A stretch of DNA of 64,000 nt from an uncultured Rhodospirillaceae bacterium (lineage in GTDB: Bacteria; Pseudomonadota; Alphaproteobacteria; Rhodospirillales; UBA2165). Each line of letters begins with the position of its first letter. Position 1 is the stretch's first letter. Location: NCBI GenBank assembly GCA_913020445.1, contig CAJWAR010000004.1:21608-85607 (forward strand). The letters run 5' to 3'. A program made the translations under genes and the position numbers. Shown here one piece after another: positions 1 to 10,664 of the stretch. Under the pieces are notes generated by a model, which searched no databases, was not told the origin of the DNA, and saw nothing but the letters and a program-made list of their open reading frames with translations.

Positions 1-1472
1 GGCAAAGCAACCGCTGAACTCAAGCCAAGATTTTCCCCTTCAATTCTGCGTTGTGATTTATTGCCGGCGTCAATTTCGCCAATCCACAAGGGTTCTTTTT
101 TCTTAAAAACACGCCCAGGCAGACCCTTCCCTGTTTCGTATGTGGTCTGCATCGTGATCTCTTTAAAACTCTGATATTTATTCTCGTTATCGAAATACCA
201 GATATCAGTAGGTACCATGCGGGGATTTGCCTCATTCGCCGCCATATAGGCGTGTCCAACCTGCCATCCTGAACGTTGGCAGATTAAATCTACGCAGGTT
301 TGTGTGGCTGCTTCCGTCGAATTGGCCTCATTCGCGATAACAGTGACGTTATGCATAAGCTCAATTTGTTCGGTTTTAGTCAAAAGCTCCGCCGTCCGTT
401 CAACGACCAACGCCTCGACAATTTGATTTTTGTCGATGCTAAATTTAAAAAGCGTGGCAATAGTACCCGTCAATATAAGCCCCAGAAAAAGCATTCCCCA
501 GGCCGACAATGGAACCCCAGCACCAAATTTTGGTTCGATCGGACGTGCTACAATCTGCCAATTGCGGTCACCGATTTTTATTATATGGGAGAAGTGCAAA
601 CCGCGTTTTGCTGATTCTTTGTCTAATACCGGAGCCTTTGAATTGCTTCGTTTGCGCGATTGATGGGTATAAATAAGCGGATCGCCAATAGCTTTTTCGT
701 CTTCATAGATGTAAAAATCTATATCACTCGGTACCAGGAGGCTCTGGTGGACAGAAAAAGCCGAGCCAATCATTTTTTGAATTTCAACAACACCTAAGGC
801 AAAACCGGTAACATTTCGCCGCCGCAGCTCAATTGTATGTCGGGGCCAACCGGCTTTATATATTGGTGCAAAAAGCAAGACACCAACCTGCCCATTTTGC
901 ACCAATGTAATGGTCTCGCTGGTTACAACTCTCCCGCTGTCCCGAGCAGCTTCCAATGCAATCCGGCGATTTTCAGACGAGCCTAAATCAAACCCAAAGG
1001 CACCTTCATTCCCTTTCATTGGTTCAAGGTAAAAAACCGGGAAAAAATCTTCGCGAGTTCCGGCATTTATCAATTCGCCTTTTTTGGATCGCTCGGTGAA
1101 CCTGAAGTTTTTGAAACCCTCCGACTTCGCAACCGCTTCAAATTGAACTCGTTCTTCCGCCGGAACATTGGGAATCCACTCGAGTGCCTGAAGAGCGCTA
1201 TTGCGCTCCAAAAGCGGTGATACGAATGATCGGAACTGCTCGCGCTGAACAATTAAATTTGATTCAAAAAAAGCTTTAATCGATAGCACCGAATCCAAAT
1301 TCGATTGGATTGCACGTTCAATTGCCACCATGCGATCAGATGCCGCGATAACAAAATTTTTCTGTTTCTCGGCTTCCTCAAGGAGGACAAATTGGCGAAA
1401 ACCAATAACCGACGCACCAACGCCAACGATTAGCACCAATAAAACCGACAGATATTTTCCCAAATTGACCAC
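1..1472 (-). CDS. Membrane sensor protein with a periplasmic CHASE domain, a TM helix and a cytoplasmic GAF-like domain. The 3' end runs off the window.
   Basis: My own minus-strand translation; the ORF track omits it because it is open at the window edge. GTG at 1472 follows GAGGA. An N-terminal TM (LSVLLVLIVGVGASVIGF) is followed by CHASE-type motifs (FFPVFYLEP, GFDLGS, ALEAARDSG). A second TM (LSAWGMLFLGLILTGTIATLF) is followed by a GAF-like GKGLPGRVFKKKEPLWIGEI. The frame was spot-checked at several positions and no stop was noticed down to position 1. Confidence 0.6.
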   Translation of the reverse strand, partial: MVNLGKYLSVLLVLIVGVGASVIGFRQFVLLEEAEKQKNFVIAASDRMVAIERAIQSNLDSVLSIKAFFESNLIVQREQFRSFVSPLLERNSALQALEWIPNVPAEERVQFEAVAKSEGFKNFRFTERSKKGELINAGTREDFFPVFYLEPMKGNEGAFGFDLGSSENRRIALEAARDSGRVVTSETITLVQNGQVGVLLFAPIYKAGWPRHTIELRRRNVTGFALGVVEIQKMIGSAFSVHQSLLVPSDIDFYIYEDEKAIGDPLIYTHQSRKRSNSKAPVLDKESAKRGLHFSHIIKIGDRNWQIVARPIEPKFGAGVPLSAWGMLFLGLILTGTIATLFKFSIDKNQIVEALVVERTAELLTKTEQIELMHNVTVIANEANSTEAATQTCVDLICQRSGWQVGHAYMAANEANPRMVPTDIWYFDNENKYQSFKEITMQTTYETGKGLPGRVFKKKEPLWIGEIDAGNKSQRRIEGENLGLSSAVAL

Positions 1473-1737
1473 AAATATCCTCGCACCCGATTACATCAGG
1501 AAATTAGACTTATGGTATAAGTTCTAATTTATTCGCTAAATTCAAGGGATGCGTTATTATTATTGTGTTTTTTACTTGATATCGGATTGGAAAAAGTATG
1601 ATGGCGACTAAAAATAGTTACTGCGTACTGGGAAACGCGATGAATGCGGGCGCGATGCGGCACGGCGAAGATATTTCGCCTTTCAATTCCGCGATAGCAG
1701 TCGTTGCGTTTTTAAGCTTCGCAACATTTATTTTCTT

Positions 1738-2802
1738 TTAAAGCGCGACCCGCCCGGCAATTTCCGGTGAATCCGGCGTATAGCGAAACGCCCGGAATAC
1801 CCAATTGACGCTTTCTTCGAAAAACGTTTGGCCAAAACTAGGGTTAATATATTCCCAAACAATTTCTTTTTCCGGTGTTACCTCGAACAACCGGCCAAAC
1901 GACCCTTCACAAATGAGCGTATTACCGGAAGCCAGACGCTCCGCCCCGCTGATATGATGGGAATAGAAAAAGGTACATGGGTCATCGCGATACTCCCACA
2001 CAGTCTCATTGGTTTCCGGATTGAACTCGGTAATAAACGAATGAGGGTGCGGAAAATCTGTATTCATGCCATTGGCAAAGAGCATTATATTGCCATTGGG
2101 CAACATCTGGCAGTCGTGTTGGTGGCCCCAATTGTCATCCCGCCTTTCCCACTTAAACTTTTTCGTTTCCCGGTCAATGATCGCCACCAAATTGATCTGG
2201 CGCAGGCTGATCATCACGTCGCCATTTTCAAGCGGAAAAGTCGTATTACACCAGGCAAAAACGCGGCGGGGACATAAGGGATGCAGCTCATATTTTTCAA
2301 CATCCATATCTGAATGCGCGTGCCATTCCCAAACAACTTCGCCGGCCGGTGTCACTTCTTTGACAAAATCATTAACAATCCCTTCCGGTAATTCGGTGCC
2401 GGGAATGCCACCTTTAACTTTTTTTGCCGTGTCCTCGGGCATAATTTCCCAACCGGCATAGAGAATATTGCCGTTGGGCAGCCGCCGGAGATCATGATGC
2501 TGCCAGTCATCACGATATTCCATGACGACATTGTTATCCCAATCGACCTCGCGAATGAGCCCGCCGCCGGCACCACCTTTGAACGGCGGCCCCTCTTCGG
2601 TTGTCGCGGCATAAAAAAGATTTCCGTTGGGCAATAGGCGGGCATAGCCCCCTGGGGTTCCGGGTAATTCCCATTCGTGAACCACATCGCCAGACATATT
2701 TATCAGCGAGGTTTTTTGATCCCACAATGGAGAGAACAGCGTAAATCCCTGAGTTGCTTTATCTTGATTATGAACCCGGACACCGAAATTTCTTGGCCGC
2801 AT
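1738..2802 (-). CDS. Arylsulfotransferase (ASST)-like beta-propeller protein
   Basis: 354-aa ORF with repeated LPNGN(L/I) blades and an overall ASST-family look. Assigned from memory of the family. Confidence 0.55.
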   Translation of the reverse strand: MRPRNFGVRVHNQDKATQGFTLFSPLWDQKTSLINMSGDVVHEWELPGTPGGYARLLPNGNLFYAATTEEGPPFKGGAGGGLIREVDWDNNVVMEYRDDWQHHDLRRLPNGNILYAGWEIMPEDTAKKVKGGIPGTELPEGIVNDFVKEVTPAGEVVWEWHAHSDMDVEKYELHPLCPRRVFAWCNTTFPLENGDVMISLRQINLVAIIDRETKKFKWERRDDNWGHQHDCQMLPNGNIMLFANGMNTDFPHPHSFITEFNPETNETVWEYRDDPCTFFYSHHISGAERLASGNTLICEGSFGRLFEVTPEKEIVWEYINPSFGQTFFEESVNWVFRAFRYTPDSPEIAGRVAL

Positions 2803-2823
2803 AATTTAACTCCCTGATCTAAA

Positions 2824-3780
2824 TTAACTGGAACTTTGCCGTTTGGTCAGTTTCTCAGCCAATCGTGGGGCGGTGCCCTTTTTATTCCACGGGCATTTGG
2901 CAAGACACACAGCGCAGCCATTATTTTCATTGAAATACAAAATGCATTTGTCGAAATTAATAAACCATTTTTCGACCCCGCGCACCATTTCCTTGGTTGT
3001 GGAAACCGCATCAACCGGGCAGCCTCGACTACACAGCTGACAGCTCGTGCAAAAGCCATCGGCGCCAATATCATCGGGGGTATCGGGAATAAGTGGCGCA
3101 TCGGTCAGCACATAGGCGAGCCGAAGTGACGAGCCATATTGCCGGTTAATAATTGAGCCATGTTTGCCTAATTCGCCAAAACCGGCTTCCAGCGCAGCCG
3201 GTACAATCAGCATCGGCCCCGCCCGCGGCCCGCCATGAAATTTTGCTTCCCAACCCTGCTCTTGAACCCAGGACGCCAATTTATGAGAGGCCCGGGCCCC
3301 CCGGCCATATTGAGTTTGCACCTCAACTTGGGTGCGCGGTCCCGGCGCATCACAGATCTCGTCAAAATCCATCGCCAATCCAAGCACCACAATCCATTTT
3401 TCTTTGACATCGAACCCTTCAAATACCCATTCGGGCTTGATGCGAGCGATACCAACCAGGTCAGCCTCGCGGTCTAAAGCTGCCGCTTTGATGTTTTCGC
3501 TCCATTGCTCAGGCGTCCAATCCGGTTTTGCCGGGGCAATTTCGGATAACGGGGCTGCCATCACCTTCATAGTTTCTTCGCGGATCGGCCTTACTTCCGG
3601 TGCCGGCCCAAATTTATAAAACCAAGCCTGCAGATCGCCATGGGCAATGCGTTCGGGATCGTGCCAATAGATCGGCGTCGGCCGGCGAATATCCGTTTCG
3701 CCGAGGCCATTAATGTCACAGCCCGTCAGTTTGGGCAGCAGCGCCAGTTGCTCTGGATTGGGGGTAAAATTATCAGTCAT
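2824..3780 (-). CDS. Double 4Fe-4S cluster protein of the reductive-dehalogenase/QueG superfamily
   Basis: Two ferredoxin-type motifs, CTSCQLCSRGCP and CAVCLAKCPW, lie near the C-terminus. I place the start at the internal ATG 3780 (MTDNFTP). The upstream extension to 3966 is AT-rich and looks non-coding. Confidence 0.6.
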   Translation of the reverse strand: MTDNFTPNPEQLALLPKLTGCDINGLGETDIRRPTPIYWHDPERIAHGDLQAWFYKFGPAPEVRPIREETMKVMAAPLSEIAPAKPDWTPEQWSENIKAAALDREADLVGIARIKPEWVFEGFDVKEKWIVVLGLAMDFDEICDAPGPRTQVEVQTQYGRGARASHKLASWVQEQGWEAKFHGGPRAGPMLIVPAALEAGFGELGKHGSIINRQYGSSLRLAYVLTDAPLIPDTPDDIGADGFCTSCQLCSRGCPVDAVSTTKEMVRGVEKWFINFDKCILYFNENNGCAVCLAKCPWNKKGTAPRLAEKLTKRQSSS

Positions 3781-3983
3781 ACCAACTCTTTCAAAAAAAT
3801 TATATCGCCCAATTGAATAGTAAAAGCGCCGAACGTTGAGAACAAATACAAAATTAGGGCCAATTAATAGGTTTCGCTGATTAAAACCGAATCTCGAAAA
3901 TGTTATTTTAATTATCTCGGAAACGTCCCTATCTTGGCACCCAATTATTAAAACCAATTCAAACATATGGGGAGAATTAAATC

Positions 3984-4445
3984 ATGCCTGACGATCATAC
4001 TGTAGAAGTAGCCAAAATGAAGTTCCAAGCATCCTGTCCGAACCATGCTCGGACCGATGTCATTGCCGGCGATGATGAATTAATAATGGATCATCCTGAA
4101 CCACGGGGCACTGGCCTCGGTATGTCGCCGATCCAGGCTTATCTTGCAGGATTTATGGGGTGCACCAGTTCAACCATTCACAAACTTGCCGGCAAAGCCG
4201 GCACCGAAGTCGTTGCCCTCGATTTAGCAATGGAAGTTGAGATGGACCGGCGCGGCTTAATGATGCAGGAAACTATCGATCTGCCATTTGTTTCGGCAAC
4301 GACGACTGTCAACATCACCACACCGGCCACCGATGAGCAACTGGCTGAAATGAAAGAAGGCCTGTCTCAATGGTGTCCCGTCGCCGTGACTTTTAAGGCT
4401 GCCGGCACAGATGTTCGCGAAATTTGGAACGTCACCAAGCCATAA
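3984..4445 (+). CDS. OsmC/Ohr family peroxiredoxin-like protein
   Basis: 153 aa with the two family cysteines in context (FMGCTSS and QWCPVAVTF). Confidence 0.7.
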   Translation: MPDDHTVEVAKMKFQASCPNHARTDVIAGDDELIMDHPEPRGTGLGMSPIQAYLAGFMGCTSSTIHKLAGKAGTEVVALDLAMEVEMDRRGLMMQETIDLPFVSATTTVNITTPATDEQLAEMKEGLSQWCPVAVTFKAAGTDVREIWNVTKP

Positions 4446-4540
4446 TTTAACCATCACAACTACGTGACAACACGGGTTAGTTAATGGCAATCGGAACAGC
4501 TTTCCCGCATTTTACGCGGGCAAATACACCTACTTTTTAA

Positions 4541-5578
4541 ATGGGGAATATGAACATGAAAATAAATTATAAACTATTGATATCTATGACACTTTCAGGC
4601 GCATATGTGGCTGCAAGTTTAGTCAGCACTCAACCGGCTCTATCGGCCGAGCTCTTAATCAACAACTATTTACCGCCGAAACATCCATTCCAAGTCGGCG
4701 TTACTCTGCCATGGATCAAAGACGTGATCAAAGCAACCAACGGTGCGGTGACGCCCAAGCTATCCGCCACTAAAGTCGGGCCACCGCCTAAAAACTGGCA
4801 AACCGTGACCAAAGGTTTGGCCGACGTTGTATTAATGGCAAATATTTTCCAACCCAAACGCATTCATTTACCAACAATTTCACAATTGCCGCTCGGTTCT
4901 CCAGGGGCGTTGAAAACATCGATTGCGCTCTGGAACACGCATGAAAAATTCTTCAAACCAGCCAATGAATATAAAGGCACCAAGTTAGTCGGTTCTTTTG
5001 TGCTGTCGCCAAACATTATCCATAGCGGCAAGGGGCCCATCAAAAGCGTCGCCGATCTCAAAGGATTTAAACTTCGTGCAGCGCCTGGAATTACGACCAA
5101 AATACTAAAAGAATTTGGTGCTGTTCCGGTTGCCTCAGGACCTTCTAAGATTTTCAGTCTCGTCTCCAAAGGCGTCGTTGATGGCGCTGCTGTCCCAGCC
5201 CATGGTTTAGGCGCCTTTCGTATTATGCCCTACATTAAATACACAACTATCATTCCGGGCGGCCTGACAAATACGTCTTTCTCCCTGCTGATTAATGGCA
5301 AAAAATGGGATGGTCTAACCAAGCAACAGCAGCAACAGGTCGAAAGCGTTTCAGGTATGCATGTCTCTAAGTACCTTGGCCTAGGTGATAAAATTGCCGC
5401 CAGGAATTTGGCAGCCTTGAAGAAGGCCGGTGGCAAAATTATTCAGGCCGGACCTGCGCTTATGGGTCCAATTAAAAAGTTTGCCGCCAAGGCAGAGGGT
5501 GAATGGCTCAAAAAAGCCCGCGCCAAGGGCATCGATGCAAAAGCGGCAATGACTTATTTCAAATCTCAACTGAAATAG
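4541..5578 (+). CDS. dctP: TRAP transporter substrate-binding protein (DctP type)
   Basis: Signal peptide ending ALSA. Size and sequence fit the DctP family, and small and large TRAP permease genes follow directly. Confidence 0.8.
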   Translation: MGNMNMKINYKLLISMTLSGAYVAASLVSTQPALSAELLINNYLPPKHPFQVGVTLPWIKDVIKATNGAVTPKLSATKVGPPPKNWQTVTKGLADVVLMANIFQPKRIHLPTISQLPLGSPGALKTSIALWNTHEKFFKPANEYKGTKLVGSFVLSPNIIHSGKGPIKSVADLKGFKLRAAPGITTKILKEFGAVPVASGPSKIFSLVSKGVVDGAAVPAHGLGAFRIMPYIKYTTIIPGGLTNTSFSLLINGKKWDGLTKQQQQQVESVSGMHVSKYLGLGDKIAARNLAALKKAGGKIIQAGPALMGPIKKFAAKAEGEWLKKARAKGIDAKAAMTYFKSQLK

Positions 5579-5599
5579 GGTACCTGTTCTCTTTGCATT

Positions 5600-6259
5600 A
5601 TGAGTGACACTGAAACCGCAGGCTCTGCTGCTCCAGAATATTCTGGCAGCGGCGGTGCCGATTATCATGACGACAGCATAGCCAACAATCCGCTCGACCG
5701 GGCTTTGGCCGAAGATTATCTGGCGCCGGAAACCGTCGCCGGTCTTTTTCGCCAGCCCGTGCGAATTTTAACGGCCATTGCGGCGGCTTTTATGTTTGGC
5801 ATTGCTTCGGTAACCATCATTGATGTTACCGGTCGCTATGCCTTTAACAATCCAATCCCGGGCGGCGTTGAAATCATTGAATTTTTATTAGGCCTGACAA
5901 TTTTTTCTGCGTTACCTCTGGTGACGGTAAAACGCGCCCACATCACCGTTGAACTGTTCGATGGCTTCATGAGTGACGGGTTCAAAAGAGTTAGGGAGGT
6001 AATCGTGCTGATTGCCAGCGCTGGCATGATTATTTTTATCACCCACCGGATGTGGTCGACCGGCCTCGATATGCTCGAAAACGATGATATTTCCATTCAT
6101 TTGGAATTACCCACGGCACCGCTGCTATTTGTTCTCTGCGGACTAAGTGCGATAAGTGCAATCACTCAAATATACATGGTTTGGAAATATGCAACGGTAG
6201 ATATAAGGCAAAGCGTTGAACCCTTCCGCGATCACCATCAAGAAGAAGACATCGTATGA
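5600..6259 (+). CDS. dctQ: TRAP transporter small permease (DctQ type)
   Basis: Four predicted TM helices. It sits between the SBP and large permease genes and overlaps the next gene by 4 nt. Confidence 0.8.
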   Translation: MSDTETAGSAAPEYSGSGGADYHDDSIANNPLDRALAEDYLAPETVAGLFRQPVRILTAIAAAFMFGIASVTIIDVTGRYAFNNPIPGGVEIIEFLLGLTIFSALPLVTVKRAHITVELFDGFMSDGFKRVREVIVLIASAGMIIFITHRMWSTGLDMLENDDISIHLELPTAPLLFVLCGLSAISAITQIYMVWKYATVDIRQSVEPFRDHHQEEDIV

Positions 6260-7548
6260 TACTTTCATTAATTGGTTTCGCTGCCCTCTTGGTCATCGCT
6301 TTTTTGGGCTTCCCCTTGGGTTTTTCCATGATGCTGGTTGGTTTCGTTGGCTTTGCCTATGTACGTGGAATGGGGCCGGCTTTGGAAACGGTCAGCCAAC
6401 AAATTCTCGATCTGGCGCTTAACGCTAACTTCGTCACCCTCCCTTTATTTGTCTTAATGGGCGTGTTTGTCTTTCGGGCAGCGCTCGCCGAAGACATTTA
6501 TGAAGCCGCCCAGGCCTGGCTCGGTAATAAACGCGGTGGATTGGCAATGGCAACGGTTGCCGCCTGCGGTGGTTTTGCTTCAATCTCCGGCTCCTCCGTG
6601 GCGACCGCGGCGACCATGGCCAAGGTCTCGATTCCACCAATGCGCAAATACAGCTTCAATGAAGGTTTTGCTGCTGGAACGGTGGCTGCCGGCGGCACCA
6701 TGGGTATATTGATCCCACCTTCGGCGGCGCTCATTGTTTACGGCATTTTGACCGAACAAAGTATTGGTGACCTGTTTATCGCCGGGATTATTCCGGGCAT
6801 CATCACGATCGTGCTTTATATCGCAGTCATATGGCTGGTTGCATGGTTTATGCCAGAGCTCGCGCCCCGCGCACCTAAAACGGCCTGGAACATTCGCTGG
6901 AAGACATTGTCCAAAATCTGGGCGGTGCTGGTTTTATTTCTGGTCATTATCGGCGGTATCTCATTTGGTGTTTTCACGCCGACCGAAGGTGGCGGCATCG
7001 GCGCAGTCGGCGCCTTACTGTTCGCCATTGCACGTAAAAAAATGAACCTCAAAATTTTCTTTTATGGCTTGGCGGAAGCAGCGGAAACCTCGGCAATGAT
7101 TTTCACCATCGCTTTTGGCGCCCTCATTTTAAATAATTTTGTCAATATTGCCGAGATGCCCAATGACATTGTCGATTTTATTAAAGCGCTAAATATCGCA
7201 CCGATGTATGTGATCCTGGTCGTTCTGCTGATCTATATTCTCTTGGGCACCATCATCGAAGGCTTGGCGATGATTTTCCTGACCGTGCCGATTTTTGTGC
7301 CGCTAGTTGACGCCATGGGTTTTGATTTGATCTGGTTTGGTATTGTTATGGTGATGGTCGTCGAGATCAGTCTCATCACGCCACCCATCGGCCTAAACGT
7401 GTTCGTCATAAAATCGATGATGCCACACGTGCCACTATCCGCCATGTTCAAAGGCATTGCGCCGTTCTTCGCTGCCGATATTGTCCGGCTGATGCTGGTG
7501 GTCTTTATACCCGGTCTGGCGATCTGGCTGCCGAGTTTATTGCGCTAG
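6256..7548 (+). CDS. dctM: TRAP transporter large permease (DctM type)
   Basis: 430-aa polytopic membrane protein, typical of the DctM family. Confidence 0.9.
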   Translation: MILSLIGFAALLVIAFLGFPLGFSMMLVGFVGFAYVRGMGPALETVSQQILDLALNANFVTLPLFVLMGVFVFRAALAEDIYEAAQAWLGNKRGGLAMATVAACGGFASISGSSVATAATMAKVSIPPMRKYSFNEGFAAGTVAAGGTMGILIPPSAALIVYGILTEQSIGDLFIAGIIPGIITIVLYIAVIWLVAWFMPELAPRAPKTAWNIRWKTLSKIWAVLVLFLVIIGGISFGVFTPTEGGGIGAVGALLFAIARKKMNLKIFFYGLAEAAETSAMIFTIAFGALILNNFVNIAEMPNDIVDFIKALNIAPMYVILVVLLIYILLGTIIEGLAMIFLTVPIFVPLVDAMGFDLIWFGIVMVMVVEISLITPPIGLNVFVIKSMMPHVPLSAMFKGIAPFFAADIVRLMLVVFIPGLAIWLPSLLR

Positions 7549-7595
7549 ATTATTTCAAATGGCGCAAATCGCCAGGTGAAAAGATGGCCACATCG

Positions 7596-8987
7596 TCATT
7601 CAACAATTTCATATTTTGTATCCTGGCCCAAGCGTTCAAGCAGGTTGTTTATTTCAGATTTCAGCTCGATCATGCGTAACTCGCGGCCGACAGCAATATT
7701 ATTAAAAGTTTCAATCTCATCCATTTGCGCGCGAAGCTCTTTTTCGGCTTCAATATATCGAGTTACATCGGTACGAATACCAACCACGCCGCCGGTTGAA
7801 ATTCGGTGATCCCGCGATTCTATCCAGCGCCCGTCAACGCCCTGCCTTAAAATGGGCTCACCGTCGGCACTGCTGTACTGCTCCAATATTGCATCTTTTT
7901 GGCTATTTGTTTTATCGCGTTCATTTTCACTTCGATTGAAATCCTCTTCTAGGAGTTCGGCCAACGTGACACCCGGTTCCAACAGATGGGCGACACGAGC
8001 ATAAAATTCCTTCATTTTTTGATTAATGAGCATGAGCCGGTCATCGGCATCGTAAACCACAAATCCTTCCGGCATGGCTTCAATCGCTTCTCTCAATAGG
8101 GCGGCTGCTTCGGCGGCTTCTTCTTCCGCTTTGCTGCGTTCGGTAATTTCGGATTTCAGATGCTGGGTGCGTTCATCGGCAATGCCTTTCAGCCGCCCGA
8201 CATTATGCACCAACCCGCCAAGCGCCGCCGCCGTGACGCCGCCAAATACCAAAACAAAATATTGGGCTATGCCAACCGCTTGGACGGCATTAAGCGCCTG
8301 CCACAAGCTTACTGTTATGGTCAAAACAACAATACTTACGACAAATGAAAACCACGACGGCACGGTGCTGCGCTGGTGACGATCTTTACTCCAGGCATAG
8401 GAAATAAGACCGACACCGATAAATAGGAACCCAACCGCGGTGTGGATGGCCATACGGGTCAGATTTCCCCACCCGTAGGCGGTTTCCAAATTTGTCGCGT
8501 AGCCGGCTGCCGCAATGGTACCGAGTCCAAAGGCCAGCGCGCCCATTATACTGATCACCGTCGGCATCGCCTTGCCGGATTTAGACCCGGTGACAAACAA
8601 CAGCGCAATACCGGTGACTGAGAACGATAGCGCCGTATTTGGCGCCATCCGGCCGGGGTTCGAGGTTGCGGTGGTGACGTAGTGCTCCATAAACAGCTGG
8701 TCAATTCCGAGATCAACCACAAAGCCGTATTCTACCAACGTTAAACCGCCCGTAAGAAAAACAATGACGCCGCATATCTGCGCGATGCGAAGCCGAAGAA
8801 AGAGGGCAAACAGCAGTCCGGCACCGGACATTAAGAAACCTAGAGCGGTGTTGTATTGCATCGGCACAAAGGCCGGCGACACTTGAATTAAGACGGTATT
8901 ATGCGTGTACCAGCCGACTAATACGACCGTACCCAACAGCGTCGGCAATACACCAAATAACAGCGTTGGCAGAGATATTTTAGACAT
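7596..8987 (-). CDS. Polytopic membrane sensor with a coiled coil and one PAS domain, and no recognisable output domain
   Basis: About 8 N-terminal TM helices, a charged helix (KSEITERSKAEEEAAEAAALLREAIEAMPEGFVVYD), a PAS-like core, and a C-terminal GRELRMIELKSEINNLL helix. The protein then ends. Confidence 0.6.
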   Translation of the reverse strand: MSKISLPTLLFGVLPTLLGTVVLVGWYTHNTVLIQVSPAFVPMQYNTALGFLMSGAGLLFALFLRLRIAQICGVIVFLTGGLTLVEYGFVVDLGIDQLFMEHYVTTATSNPGRMAPNTALSFSVTGIALLFVTGSKSGKAMPTVISIMGALAFGLGTIAAAGYATNLETAYGWGNLTRMAIHTAVGFLFIGVGLISYAWSKDRHQRSTVPSWFSFVVSIVVLTITVSLWQALNAVQAVGIAQYFVLVFGGVTAAALGGLVHNVGRLKGIADERTQHLKSEITERSKAEEEAAEAAALLREAIEAMPEGFVVYDADDRLMLINQKMKEFYARVAHLLEPGVTLAELLEEDFNRSENERDKTNSQKDAILEQYSSADGEPILRQGVDGRWIESRDHRISTGGVVGIRTDVTRYIEAEKELRAQMDEIETFNNIAVGRELRMIELKSEINNLLERLGQDTKYEIVE

Positions 8988-9143
8988 TGTTCTACTTCCC
9001 CGAGACTATGTCACAATTCTTGCAGCACCTAGTATTTAGAAATAAGGGCTTTTGCTAAAATTCCAAACAATCAGACAGATTAGCCCCTGTCAAAATAAAG
9101 CGAAATATCTCGAATTCCGGAAATACATCGCTATGCTGGGCGC

Positions 9144-9602
9144 ATGATACACAAAACAATCTCAGAACTTGCAGAAAATATTACGCCAGATTTACGATTG
9201 CTCGGGCTTGATGTCGGCTCCAAGACTATAGGGCTGGCGATATCAGATAGTGATCTAAAAGTCGCCACGGCGATCGACACCATTCGCCGCACCAAGTTCA
9301 CCAAAGATTTTGAACAACTCACCGCCATTATCGAAGATCGAAGAATTGGCGGTCTGGTGATCGGTCTGCCAATTAGTATGGATGGCACGGAAGGCCCCGC
9401 CTGTCAGTCGATCCGTCAGTTTGGCACCAATATTCTGGCGCGGCTGGAAATTTGTATCGCCTTTTGGGATGAGCGCTTGTCGACCTCGGCGGTTCAGCGT
9501 TTCTTGACCGATGAAGCCGATATGACCCGCAAACGCCGCAGCGAGGTGGTCGATAAGTTGGCCGCAACTTACATTTTGCAAGGAGCCCTTGATTCGCTTT
9601 AG
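9144..9602 (+). CDS. ruvX: Holliday junction resolvase-like protein RuvX (YqgF)
   Basis: LLGLDVGSKTIGLAISD N-terminal motif; 152 aa. Confidence 0.85.
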   Translation: MIHKTISELAENITPDLRLLGLDVGSKTIGLAISDSDLKVATAIDTIRRTKFTKDFEQLTAIIEDRRIGGLVIGLPISMDGTEGPACQSIRQFGTNILARLEICIAFWDERLSTSAVQRFLTDEADMTRKRRSEVVDKLAATYILQGALDSL

Positions 9603-9692
9603 CCGGTCAAGATGTAGGCCTCTGAAATAAAACGTAAATTTCGTAATCACGAGACTTGCTCTATTCAGAAGTCGACCCTATAGTGCGCCTTT

Positions 9693-10664
9693 ATGGCAAA
9701 GAGCCCTAAAAAATCCCCCTATTCGCATCGCCATCTCCTAGGTATTGAAGGGCTTTCCGTCCAGGAAATCTCCTATCTTCTTGAAAAATCCGACGAATAT
9801 GTCGGCCAGAATCGCCTTTCAGATAAGAAGGTGGAGACCCTTCACGGACGCACGGTTATTAACCTGTTCTTTGAAGATTCAACCCGCACCCGAACCTCCT
9901 TCGAGCTTGCCGGCAAGCGTTTGAGCGCTGACGTCATTAATATGTCGGTTGGCTCCTCGTCGGTGAACAAGGGTGAAACCCTGATCGATACAGCTTCAAC
10001 TCTCAATGCCATGCACCCGGATGTCCTGGTTGTGCGGGCCGGACTATCGGGCGCGGTGAAGCTACTGGCGGAGAAAGTAAATTGTGCCGTTATCAATGCC
10101 GGCGATGGCAGCCACGAGCATCCCACCCAAGCGTTGCTGGATGCGCTTACCATTCAACGCCGCCGGGGCAAGCTCCAGGGACTTAAAATTGCGATCTGCG
10201 GCGATATCCTGCACTCCCGCGTTGCCCGCTCCAATATCTATCTACTGGTGACAATGGGGGCGCAAGTGAGATTGGTGGCGCCAATGACCCTGCTGCCTTC
10301 GGGAGCCGAAAACTTAGGCGTCGAAGTGTTCCACGATATGAAAGAAGGGCTCAAAGATTGCGACATTGTCATGATGCTGCGATTGCAAAACGAGCGCATG
10401 CAGGGCAATTACTTCCCCTCGATCCGCGAATATTTTCACTTCTTTGGGCTTGATTATGAAAAGCTTTCAGTGGCGAAGCCGGATGCGCTGATTATGCATC
10501 CCGGACCGGCCAATCGTGGCGTCGAAATTGATTCCGAAGTCGCCGATGATTACAGCCGCAGTGTAATTCGCGAACAGGTCGAAATGGGTGTCGCCGTGCG
10601 CATGGCTTGCCTCGATATCCTGTCCAACAATCTCCAACAGGAACTACAGGAGGGCGCCGAATGA
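9693..10664 (+). CDS. pyrB: Aspartate carbamoyltransferase catalytic subunit
   Basis: STRTR carbamoyl-phosphate motif ([12 protein letters not shown]) and [10 protein letters not shown]. Confidence 0.95.
   Translation: MAKSPKKSPYSHRHLLGIEGLSVQEISYLLEKSDEYVGQNRLSDKKVETLHGRTVINLFFEDSTRTRTSFELAGKRLSADVINMSVGSSSVNKGETLIDTASTLNAMHPDVLVVRAGLSGAVKLLAEKVNCAVINAGDGSHEHPTQALLDALTIQRRRGKLQGLKIAICGDILHSRVARSNIYLLVTMGAQVRLVAPMTLLPSGAENLGVEVFHDMKEGLKDCDIVMMLRLQNERMQGNYFPSIREYFHFFGLDYEKLSVAKPDALIMHPGPANRGVEIDSEVADDYSRSVIREQVEMGVAVRMACLDILSNNLQQELQEGAE

Noticed and set aside
1598-1741. 47-codon ORF (MMATKNSYCVLGN...IAVVAFLSFATFIFF) with a hydrophobic C-terminus in the 1473-1737 intergenic region
   Set aside because: It has only a weak RBS (GGA) and no recognisable family, and its end overlaps the convergent gene. 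I cannot support it from sequence alone. It may be worth a check with ribosome profiling.
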